Assembly: GCA_903908825.1 (NCBI GenBank)
Contig: CAIVTJ010000045.1
Coordinates: forward strand, 1-51,806
Reading direction: 5' to 3'
Length of the DNA stretch: 51,806 bases
Origin: an uncultured Pseudomonadota bacterium
Lineage (GTDB): Bacteria; Pseudomonadota; Gammaproteobacteria; Steroidobacterales; Steroidobacteraceae
Each line of letters begins with the position of its first letter. Position 1 is the first letter of the stretch. Shown one piece after another: positions 32,216-40,400 of the stretch. The notes under the pieces are model-generated. The model was not told where the DNA came from, ran no database searches, and saw only the letters and a program-made list of their open reading frames with translations. The translations under genes were made by a program, and so were the position numbers.

Positions 32216-33460
32216 ATGCTACGAAGTCAATTACTGCCTCTGACAGCCCTTGCGCTGCTGGCCGCTGCGGCGCCGGCCCAATCCCAGGTCATGCCGCCTG
32301 AGCACACGATGTCTCATGAGGACATGGCCGGCATGGAAGGGATGGAGGGTATGGAAGGCATGGCAGGCATGGACCACATGGCCGGCCATGGCCTGATGTG
32401 GCAGCGCGGCCCGTGGCTGTTGATGACCCATGGCACCCTCAACTGGGTTTACGACAATCAGGGCAGCCCGCGCGGGGGCCGCCAAGGGTTTCTATCCGGC
32501 ATGGTCATGGGCAGTGCCGAACGCTCACTGGCTGAAAACGACACCCTGAATTTAACGGCCATGCTCAGCCCTGAACCGCTGATGGGCCCTGAGGGCTATC
32601 CGCTGTTGCTGGCGGCCGGTGAAACTGCCGATGGCCGCACCCTGCTGGTCGATCGCCAGCATCCGCACGATCTGTTTATGGAGCTTTCGGGCCGGTACAG
32701 CCATGCACTGTCCGCCACATCCGGCGTCTGGCTGTATGCCGGTCTGCCCGGGCAGCCCGCATTCGGCCCCGCAGCCTTCATGCACCGCGAATCGATCAAC
32801 GACAGCCCGGAAGCACCCATCGCGCACCACTGGCTGGACTCGACGCATGTGAGTTTTGGCGTGTTGACGGCTGGCCTGCGCGTTACGCAGTGGAGCCTTG
32901 AGGCCTCGGCTTTCCGCGGCCGTGAGCCCGATCAAAACCGCTACGACATCGAGACGCCGCGCTTGGACAGCTGGTCTGCGCGGCTGTCCTGGCAACCCAC
33001 GACCACTCTCGCGCTGCAAACCTCGTGGGCGCAGCTGCACAGCCCGGAAGCGCTGGAGCCGCAACGTAACGAGCGCCGCTGGACCGCCAGCCTCAGCTAC
33101 ACCGGCCAAGCTTCAGATCAGGGATGGTGGGCCACCACTTGGGCGGTCGGCCGCAAACAGCCTGACGGACTGCCAGCACGCTCGGCTTGGTCGGCTGAGG
33201 CCAGTTACCACCCAAACGTGCAGTGGAGCCTCTACGGCCGGATCGAACAAGTGGAGTCGGACGAATGGCAGCCTGCGCTGGATTTGCAGCAAGCCCACAA
33301 ACTGACCCTGGGGGCTGTACATGACTGGCCCTTAGGCACACGCCTCTGGCTGGGCCTAGGCCTACAACTCTCGCAGGCGGGCGTATCGCCCGCGCTGCGC
33401 CCGGCCTATGGCAACCACCCCTACAGCGGCATGGGCTTCTTGCGGCTGCGCAGCCGCTGA
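32216..33460 (+). CDS. Putative outer-membrane beta-barrel protein with Met/His-rich N-terminal segment (family not recognised)
   Basis: Sec signal (ALALLAAAAPAQSQ), then HTMSHEDMAGMEGMEGMEGMAGMDHMAGHG, then about 340 aa of alternating-polarity strands rich in W/Y/G (WSLEASAF, WSARLSW, WTASLSY, WSAEASY, WSLYGRI). Contains a DRQHPHD motif. Confidence 0.75.
   Translation: MLRSQLLPLTALALLAAAAPAQSQVMPPEHTMSHEDMAGMEGMEGMEGMAGMDHMAGHGLMWQRGPWLLMTHGTLNWVYDNQGSPRGGRQGFLSGMVMGSAERSLAENDTLNLTAMLSPEPLMGPEGYPLLLAAGETADGRTLLVDRQHPHDLFMELSGRYSHALSATSGVWLYAGLPGQPAFGPAAFMHRESINDSPEAPIAHHWLDSTHVSFGVLTAGLRVTQWSLEASAFRGREPDQNRYDIETPRLDSWSARLSWQPTTTLALQTSWAQLHSPEALEPQRNERRWTASLSYTGQASDQGWWATTWAVGRKQPDGLPARSAWSAEASYHPNVQWSLYGRIEQVESDEWQPALDLQQAHKLTLGAVHDWPLGTRLWLGLGLQLSQAGVSPALRPAYGNHPYSGMGFLRLRSR
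32324..32386 (+). repeat. Seven in-frame tandem 9-bp units (ATG-GNN-GGN/CAC) encoding (M-x-G)n
   Basis: ATGGCCGGC ATGGAAGGG ATGGAGGGT ATGGAAGGC ATGGCAGGC ATGGACCAC ATGGCCGGC, read directly from 32324-32386. Confidence 0.9.
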
Positions 33461-33470
33461 CCGCTGCCGC

Positions 33471-34259
33471 TTAACGCGGATTGGTGTGGTGGCTGTCGTC
33501 CACCATGTGCTGCATGTCCTGCTCGATGCAGGGTGCTGGTTCGCCAAAGTCGACCTCTGACCGGGTAAGGGTACGCGGCCGCATGACCCAAGGCTGAGCC
33601 AGCATGACCGGGTCTTCGACCACAGCGCGATAGTCGATGGTATCGCCCGTCCGTCGCAGCCTTTCGGTAACGCGCAACTGGGTGCTGTGAATGGCGCCAT
33701 CGTCGGTCAGCCAGGTCTCTTCGTTGAAGTTGCGCGTTTCGACCACCAGCGTGTCGCCTTCCCAACGCCCCAGAGCCTCGCCCTGATAGGACTCGCTGTC
33801 ATCGTTGCGCTTGGCGTTCGCATCGAGCGGCACCACGCGGAAAAACGGACCTGACACGTCCTCATACAAGAAGATGACCTCGCGGGCGGTCTGCACGATT
33901 TTGTCCGGCGGGCCGATGCGCGGGACACCTGGAGGACGGCAGCGCAGCACCGGGTCGAACTGAACCTGTTTGGCTGCCAGCTCTTGAACGCGCGCCACAA
34001 ATTGCGGCTTGTAAACAGGCCGGTCCGGGACCACAACGGCACGCGGTGCCGGCTTTTGGCCTGACGGCGCACACCCGGTGACGCAGACCGAACCCTTGGG
34101 GCCGGCCACGGGTTTAACAAAGTCGATGCCGCCACCGTTCTCCCAGACCCCGTTCAGATCCGGATGACCGTTGATCAGATGAGGTGCCGACGCGGCGCCC
34201 CACACTAGCGACGCAAACAGCAGCGCTGCCACGCCCGACGCGATTGAGCGGATGGTCAT
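33471..34259 (-). CDS. Secreted protein of unknown function, family A paralogue 1
   Basis: Starts at ATG 34259, preceded by GGGGGAGG. Signal peptide MTIRSIASGVAALLFASLVWGAAS. Shares LNGVW, C-x-PPG-x-P, SYQGEALGRWEGDTLVVET, LRVTER and a C-terminal Cys with ORFs 34714-35505 and 36512-37405. Confidence 0.8.
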   Translation of the reverse strand: MTIRSIASGVAALLFASLVWGAASAPHLINGHPDLNGVWENGGGIDFVKPVAGPKGSVCVTGCAPSGQKPAPRAVVVPDRPVYKPQFVARVQELAAKQVQFDPVLRCRPPGVPRIGPPDKIVQTAREVIFLYEDVSGPFFRVVPLDANAKRNDDSESYQGEALGRWEGDTLVVETRNFNEETWLTDDGAIHSTQLRVTERLRRTGDTIDYRAVVEDPVMLAQPWVMRPRTLTRSEVDFGEPAPCIEQDMQHMVDDSHHTNPR

Positions 34260-34284
34260 ATCAGCCTCCCCCGTGTGCTTGTTG

Positions 34285-34704
34285 TTATGGATTAGCAGCA
34301 GACTTGTCGTTGGGATCGGGACTGAACTGCAGATGCCGGCCGTCACCGAAACTCATATCCAGTAGATAACCAAAGGCCGGCGTGCCATTGCGTGCCGGAT
34401 GAGCGGCGACGGTCACAGTCTGGCCCTCGCCCAGCAACTGCTGCTTGGACAAACCACCTTTGCGCATCATGGCCACCGGCAGGCACTCCAGCCGCCACGT
34501 GGTCACAGCACCACCCGCCTCTTTGACGTCAAGATAGACCGACGTGTGCGGATTGACCCAGTCCACCCGGCTGACCGTGCCGGTCAGTTTCAAGGTACGG
34601 CTGATGTCGAACACACCGGCTACCGAATGGTGAGCCGCCGCTGGCATCGCGAGGGCAGCCAGCGCAACAGCCAAAGAGGCCAACAGGTTTCGCTTCGCGT
34701 TCAT
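34285..34704 (-). CDS. Small secreted protein, family B paralogue 1 (mature N-terminus His-His-Ser)
   Basis: Signal peptide ...ALAMPAAA followed by HHSVAGVFD. Has a WVNPH motif. Paralogous to 35601-36020 and 36041-36451. Confidence 0.8.
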   Translation of the reverse strand: MNAKRNLLASLAVALAALAMPAAAHHSVAGVFDISRTLKLTGTVSRVDWVNPHTSVYLDVKEAGGAVTTWRLECLPVAMMRKGGLSKQQLLGEGQTVTVAAHPARNGTPAFGYLLDMSFGDGRHLQFSPDPNDKSAANP

Positions 34705-34713
34705 AAGACCGCC

Positions 34714-35505
34714 TTATTGCAAAATGGTATGACCCGACTCGTCGACAGGATTGCGATCATTTTCGGCGCAGACAAACTCCATCAAGCTCCACTCGCGCTG
34801 ACGGGTGAAGGTGTGGGTGATGTGATAGGGCTGCGCCAAAGCATCAGCGTCATCTAACGTGACTTCGTCGATAAAGGTCTGCGGATCTTTAGCATCCAAG
34901 TGCATGCGCTCGACGATATGTAACTTGGGGCTGTGCTTGATGCCGGGCCCCAGCTCGGTAATGGTCTTGATGCCCACAGTGTCGACGACCAACACCTGGC
35001 CGTCCCAATGGGCTGTTGAGTGGCCGAACACGCCGGGCTCCAGATCATCGGGGTGACCGCGACCGTCGGTGTAGATGGATCGCCATTGCATCCACGCCTC
35101 GTGGTGCACTGTCACCCGCCCGGGAGTGAACATGAACTCGATGGGGTATTGCGCAGTCGCCAGCATATTGGGCATGCCCGGTGGCATGCAGTTGGAGGTC
35201 TCGCGACGGACCACGCCGCTATTGCTCTTGACCTCGTTCTGCCACGCTTCATAGCGCTTGAGGTATTCACCCTTGAGCTGCGGACGCTCCCGGGGCGGCT
35301 CGCCCGGGGCCGGCGGCTTGGGGCGCGCCAAGACCCACACACCACCCCAGTCAGGCAAGGCGTTGAGCGCGGCGTAGGCTCCCTTGGGGAACGCGGCATT
35401 GACCGCCTGTTTTGAAGGGGCGGCTGCCGCACCGGCGACGCCCGCACCCAGCACAGAACACAGCAGCAGGGCCACAGGTCCGACGGTCAATCGTTGAAAT
35501 TTCAT
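34714..35505 (-). CDS. Secreted protein of unknown function, family A paralogue 2
   Basis: Starts at ATG 35505 (MKFQRLTVGPVALLLCSVLGAGVAGAAA). Motifs WGGVW, NCMPPGMPNM, FGHSTAHWDGQVLVVDT, LHIVER and EFVCAEND. The longer ORF reaching 35712 has no signal peptide and is rejected. Confidence 0.8.
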   Translation of the reverse strand: MKFQRLTVGPVALLLCSVLGAGVAGAAAAPSKQAVNAAFPKGAYAALNALPDWGGVWVLARPKPPAPGEPPRERPQLKGEYLKRYEAWQNEVKSNSGVVRRETSNCMPPGMPNMLATAQYPIEFMFTPGRVTVHHEAWMQWRSIYTDGRGHPDDLEPGVFGHSTAHWDGQVLVVDTVGIKTITELGPGIKHSPKLHIVERMHLDAKDPQTFIDEVTLDDADALAQPYHITHTFTRQREWSLMEFVCAENDRNPVDESGHTILQ

Positions 35506-35521
35506 ACTTGCACCCCCACTC

Positions 35522-35550
35522 TTATCTAACGGCCGCAGTAAGCATATAAT
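35522..35550 (+). promoter_or_regulatory. Putative promoter for the family-B gene pair (TTATCT-17 nt-TATAAT)
   Basis: Perfect TATAAT at 35545-35550. A weak -35 TTATCT lies at 35522-35527. Located in the 95-nt divergent intergenic region. Confidence 0.35.
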
Positions 35551-35600
35551 GCCCGTAGTCACAGTTGCACGCATCAGCCAATCAGGCTGGGGGACATCAG

Positions 35601-36020
35601 ATGAACATCCGTATTGCAATCGCATCTTTGGTGGCGGCCTCGGCCAGCGTGGCGCTGCCGGCTTATGCCCACCATTCGTTTGCCATGTTCGACCAGACCA
35701 AGCAGGTTTCACTCAAGGGCACTGTCACAGAGTTCCAGTGGACCAATCCGCATGCCTTTATTCACGTCGAGATCGCCGGTGACGGCGGCGCCAAAGAGAC
35801 CTGGGACATCGAGCTCAACAGCCCCAATAATCTCAAGCGTCAGGGCTGGAGTTCGAGCAGCGTCAAGGTGGGCGACAAGGTGGTCTTGGTTGCTAACCCG
35901 CTGCGCGAAAACGCCCACAAGGGTGGCTTATTCATCGCTGTCACGCTTCCCGACGGCACCGTCCTGGGCGATGCCACTCGCGCCGGTGGCGGCCCGATCA
36001 ATGTACCGGTCGTACCCTGA
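35601..36020 (+). CDS. Small secreted protein, family B paralogue 2 (mature N-terminus His-His-Ser)
   Basis: ATG 35601 preceded by GGGGGA. Signal ...VALPAYA followed by HHSFAMFD. Has a WTNPH motif. Confidence 0.8.
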   Translation: MNIRIAIASLVAASASVALPAYAHHSFAMFDQTKQVSLKGTVTEFQWTNPHAFIHVEIAGDGGAKETWDIELNSPNNLKRQGWSSSSVKVGDKVVLVANPLRENAHKGGLFIAVTLPDGTVLGDATRAGGGPINVPVVP

Positions 36021-36040
36021 ACTGTCTTAGGAGACACACC

Positions 36041-36451
36041 ATGAAGATCAGTCACATCGCATTAGCCACTGCCGGTTTGCTGGCTTTTTCGGCCCCGGCT
36101 TGGGTGCACCACTCCGGCGCCATGTTCGATCCGGGCCGTGAGCAGACCATCGTCGGCACGGTCACCGAGTTCAATTGGACCAACCCGCACTCGTCCTTCA
36201 AGGTTGAGGTCACTGACGCTGCCGGCAAGAGTGAGATCTGGGCGGTCGAGATGAACGGCCCGCAGAACCTGATGCACGACGGCTGGAAGCGCTCGAGCAT
36301 CAAGCCGGGCGACAAGATCTCGGCTGTGGTGCATCCGCTGCGCGACGGCAAGCCCGGCGGTTCGTATGTGTCAGTGACGCTGGCCGATGGCACCCAACTC
36401 AAGGGCACCGGCCCCGGCCAGTCGGGCTACGACGCGCCCGCTGCCAAATAA
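36041..36451 (+). CDS. Small secreted protein, family B paralogue 3 (mature N-terminus His-His-Ser)
   Basis: AGGAGA RBS. Signal ...FSAPAWV followed by HHSGAMFD. Has a WTNPH motif. Clearly similar to paralogue 2 (GTVTEF.WTNPH). Confidence 0.8.
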   Translation: MKISHIALATAGLLAFSAPAWVHHSGAMFDPGREQTIVGTVTEFNWTNPHSSFKVEVTDAAGKSEIWAVEMNGPQNLMHDGWKRSSIKPGDKISAVVHPLRDGKPGGSYVSVTLADGTQLKGTGPGQSGYDAPAAK

Positions 36452-36476
36452 GCCGGTCTTCGCAGTCTGTTTAAAG

Positions 36477-36498
36477 GGCGGCCCCGGTCGGGGCCGCC
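36477..36498. terminator. Strong GC hairpin between convergent genes (likely bidirectional terminator)
   Basis: GGCGGCCCC (36477-36485), loop GGTC, GGGGCCGCC (36490-36498). Only weak T-runs on either strand. Confidence 0.55.
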
Positions 36499-36511
36499 GC
36501 AGATCAGGGCC

Positions 36512-37405
36512 TTACTTCTTGGCCCGATCGTCCAGAGCCTTCTGACCTGCGCCCGTGCTGGGCAGGTTCTGGTTCAGGTTAGGTAAGCACTCCACTTCCG
36601 GAATGTCGCTGTAGTCCTGACGCAAAAAGTTCTTGCTGCTCTTCCATTCGCCGGGCCACATCTTCGGGTCGGTCAGGCTGTAGTCGATATGCATCGTCAT
36701 GCCCTTATCGAGCATGGTGATGCGTTCGACGATTTCAAACTCGTCGCTGATCGGTATACCCGAATCGATGTAGTGCTCGTTGGGCTCGATGTACTTGGTG
36801 CTGACCACCAGCGTGTCTTTTTCCCAATGACCAATCGACTCGCCGTTGTAAGTGGGCACCGCATAGTCAGAGTCTGCATGCTCCCGGCCATCGAGATAGA
36901 TGAAGCGCATGCTGTTGGTGAATGCGAACAACATGTAAATGATGGTGGGCTTCTGAATCATGCTGATGGGCCAGACGCGGGTCATGATCATCGGCATACC
37001 GATCGGGTAGCACTGACCGCTGACATCGCGATAAGCCACACCCTTCTTGCGGGCCTCTTCGGCTTCACGAAGGGCAGTCTGGCCGGGTTCTTTGAAGGCC
37101 GGATAGTTGGGGCCGAAACGGAAGTCGTTAAATGAACGGCGCAGATCAACAAACCAAGTGCCGGTCACATCGAAGGGTGCCTTGGGGCGCTTCTTGGCCA
37201 GGTTCTCGGGGGCCAGCGCACCCAAGTACTTCGGGTGCTTGTGGGCCAGCTCATCCATACGGTCTTGGCTGAGTCCACCGCCAGCCGTACGACCGGCTGC
37301 CGGTGCGGCAGGTGCCGCCGCTTGAGCGAAACAGAGCCCGGGCAGCGCCGAAAAAACGACCGACAAGGCCGCGGTCTTAGCAAAACCAGGAAGTGACTTG
37401 AACAT
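36512..37405 (-). CDS. Secreted protein of unknown function, family A paralogue 3
   Basis: ATG 37405 (MFKSLPGFAKTAALSVVFSALPGLCFAQA) preceded by GGAGG. Motifs VTGTW, QCYPIGMPMI, YNGESIGHWEKDTLVVST, FEIVER and EVECLPN. An alternative ATG lies at 37426. Confidence 0.8.
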   Translation of the reverse strand: MFKSLPGFAKTAALSVVFSALPGLCFAQAAAPAAPAAGRTAGGGLSQDRMDELAHKHPKYLGALAPENLAKKRPKAPFDVTGTWFVDLRRSFNDFRFGPNYPAFKEPGQTALREAEEARKKGVAYRDVSGQCYPIGMPMIMTRVWPISMIQKPTIIYMLFAFTNSMRFIYLDGREHADSDYAVPTYNGESIGHWEKDTLVVSTKYIEPNEHYIDSGIPISDEFEIVERITMLDKGMTMHIDYSLTDPKMWPGEWKSSKNFLRQDYSDIPEVECLPNLNQNLPSTGAGQKALDDRAKK

Positions 37406-37434
37406 GGACGGCGTGCCTCCGAGCATCAGAAATA

Positions 37435-40400
37435 TTAGCGGGTCGTTTTCAAACTGCGAACGAACTCAATTATGGGTGTAGTCACGGTCTGATCACCACT
37501 GCCCACAGAGTAGGATTCGGAAATATGCGAGTGTCCGGCCGCACGAAACTGCTGGTAAGGCAGGCCCGTGGCCGCCCGGGCGCGCACCAGCGCTGCAGCG
37601 TCGCTGATAAAACTCTCGGGATCGAGCTCGGCATGGGTAATCAATAACGGTACCGGACTACGCGCCAACAACTGCAGGGACTCGCGCGCCGCATACTGGC
37701 TGACATCCTCGCCGTAATAGTCCTTCCACACGGACACGGTGTTGCCCAAGGTGTAGATGCCGCTCATCAAGACCGCACCAGCCACGCCGGGCTGAGTCGT
37801 ATGCGCCAGGTAATCCGCGACATGCGCGCCGCCGGCGGAGTGACCCCACAGGATGATCTGCTGCGGATCACCGCCGTAGTCAGCCGCATGCGCTTTGAGC
37901 CAAGCGACCAGACGCGTCAGATCTTCTATGCCCGCCGGATATTGAAACTGCGGCGCAAGACGATAGTTGATGGTGATGCCGACCAAACCTTGACCAGCGG
38001 CCCACACACCGATGTTGTCGTAGAACGGTGAATCGGGCGCACTCTTGGCGCCCCCGCGAAACCCGCCGCCATGGACAAACACCAGTACCGGCTTGCCACG
38101 CTTGCCGTCATTGCCGGTAAACACGTTCACCCGGTGGCGCTCGTGCGGACCATAGGCGGCATCACGCTGTACCGTGACGCCGGCGTAAGGCTCGCGGGCT
38201 TGCAGCGGCGCATACAAGGGCGTGGTCTTGGCGCCATCTATGCGCGGGCCGATTTCCCGCAGGGCCGCAGCAATCGATGCAGGCATGCCACCCGTGGCCT
38301 GCGCTCGCGCTGCCGGCACAGCAAAGGCTGGCGGGATCGGGTAAGAGGCCATCTGCGCGGCTAGCGGCTGCAGCGACGGCAGTTGCGTGCGGCCGCTGAC
38401 CGGATTGGCATAGTGGTAAGGAATCTCATAGACCACCGGGAACATGGCAATAGGCAATGTGGGTGGCGAGTCAGGTGGAAACTCAGGACTGATGCCGGGC
38501 ATGCCACGACTGGAACCCTTGGCCCACCCTCCCTCGTAATTGGCCGACCAAGTGTTGTAGGTGTGCACGACACTGAAGCGCCACACGCCATTTTCTTTGA
38601 TGGCTTCATTCTCGTAAACCGAAGCACCCATAGAGGCGCGATTACCCAGGTTCATCTGTTGCAGCATGCGCAAGCGGATCTTGGCGCTGTTGCCATCGGC
38701 TGCCACATGGATGACCGGCTGCATCTGAATGTGGTTGCCCAATCGCCCGACGACAGGACCTTCTTCACCGCGACCAAACACTTTGATCAGGAAGTCACGC
38801 AAGCGCGCACCTTTGTAGACACCGCGCTGCGCCAGTTCGATGCTGCCTTCGGCCGCAAACAAGTTAGCCAGATCGGTCCACAGGTTTTTGTCGAGGTAAT
38901 AGCCGTAGGCGCTCTCGAGGTTTTCCAGCTCATGAAAGTCCTTGGCGCGAGCCACCAGACTCTCGGCTTGCGTCACTGCTGCCGCAACGTCTGTAACCGC
39001 CTTAGCCTTGACCGCAGCAGGCGTGAACAGCGTCGCCGCAGCGATAGCGGCACCCGGACCACCCACCTGCGGATAGACAGCCGGCGCACCGGTCACAGGA
39101 TTGCGGTAGTGATAAGGCGGCACATGCGCCTTGGGATAGATGGCATAAACCTGGGTCGGCGGCCGGTCGGGTGGCAGCGCAGCCAGCACGCCCGGTGCAG
39201 CTTGCGCATCCTTGGCCCAACCTTGGTCATAGTCGCTGATGAAAGTCGGGTAGTAATGCACCGACTGGAACTTCCAGACGCCACCTTCATTGACGTAAGC
39301 ATTTTCGTAAATGCCTTCGCTCCACTGACCACTCTTACCGTATGTGCCGGTCATAGACAGTTCGCGGCTACGCGCCCGCGCCGTCTTGCCATCGGGCGCA
39401 ACCGTCACCACCGTCTGCAATTGCAGATGGTCGTTAAGCCAGCCGGGCACCAGCCCATGCGGGCCTAAGGTGCCCAGGAAGGCGCGCACTCTGGTTTTGC
39501 CGACATACACGCCCTGCTGCGCGAACTCTAAGGTGCCCTTGCTCGCGAACAGATCGGCAATTTGATCCCACTGTGCGCGGTCCAGGTAATAGCCGTAGAT
39601 GCGCTGCAGGTTCTCGATGTCCTGCTCGTCGCGCAGACGTTGCGCGCGTCGCAGCAGGTCTGCAGCGGTCTGATGCAAATCACCTTCAACAGGCAGCACC
39701 TGCAGTTGGCTGGCATCCCAAGCCTGGCCACCGCTGAGCGTGGCGCCGGGATTGCTGTAATGAAAAGGCGCCAGGCAGGCCGCCGGAAACCCCTCGCAGT
39801 CCATCTTGCGTTCGACATCGGCCGGATGAGCCAGCGGCTGACGGACGCGGGTCGCGGTCGCAGGCGGGGCCACCCAGCCGCCGGCGTAGGGCGCACTGAA
39901 TCCGGTGTGATAGTCCAGCCGGGCAATTTTCCATACGCCATCACGGCGTACGTAATTCATCTCGTACACACCCTCTGCCCAGTTGGCGCCGTTACCGACA
40001 CCGCCAAAATAGGCCAACACCCGCCAGCGACCCTTAGCCGACTGTCCGCCCGGGTCCAGGTGGACCACAGGCTGGATGTTCATGTGGTTGTAGAGTCGGT
40101 TATCGCCAAGGCCTACCTGGCCCATGGGTACATTGCCGACATTACGGAACAGGTGCTCACGAATGCTGGCCTTGCCGATGAACACACCAGCCGGATAGTT
40201 GGCATAAGCGTCATCGGTGAACAACTCGGCCACATCAGCCCATAGGCCTTTGTCGACGTAATAGCCGTAGGTCCGTTGCAGTCGCTTGACGGCCTGCAGA
40301 TCTTCACCGGCCTGTACTTGGGCAGCCAGCAGGGCTGTACGCTCGGCCAGTGGCGACACAGCGGGCACACTGGCAGCCTGCCCTGACGTCCAAGCAGACA

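Noticed and set aside
33442-33457. Perfect 16-nt palindrome GCGGCTGCGCAGCCGC at the 3' end of the outer-membrane protein gene, considered as a shared terminator for the convergent genes.
   Set aside because: It lies inside the coding sequence, has no loop unless the stem shrinks to 6 bp, and has no flanking T-run on either strand. It may still pause transcription, but support is too weak for a call.
32216-33460. Calling the Met/His-rich outer-membrane protein CopB/PcoB.
   Set aside because: Only the Met-rich N-terminal tract is reminiscent of CopB. The barrel portion (DRQHPHD and the rest) does not match the CopB sequence as I remember it, so I left the family unassigned.
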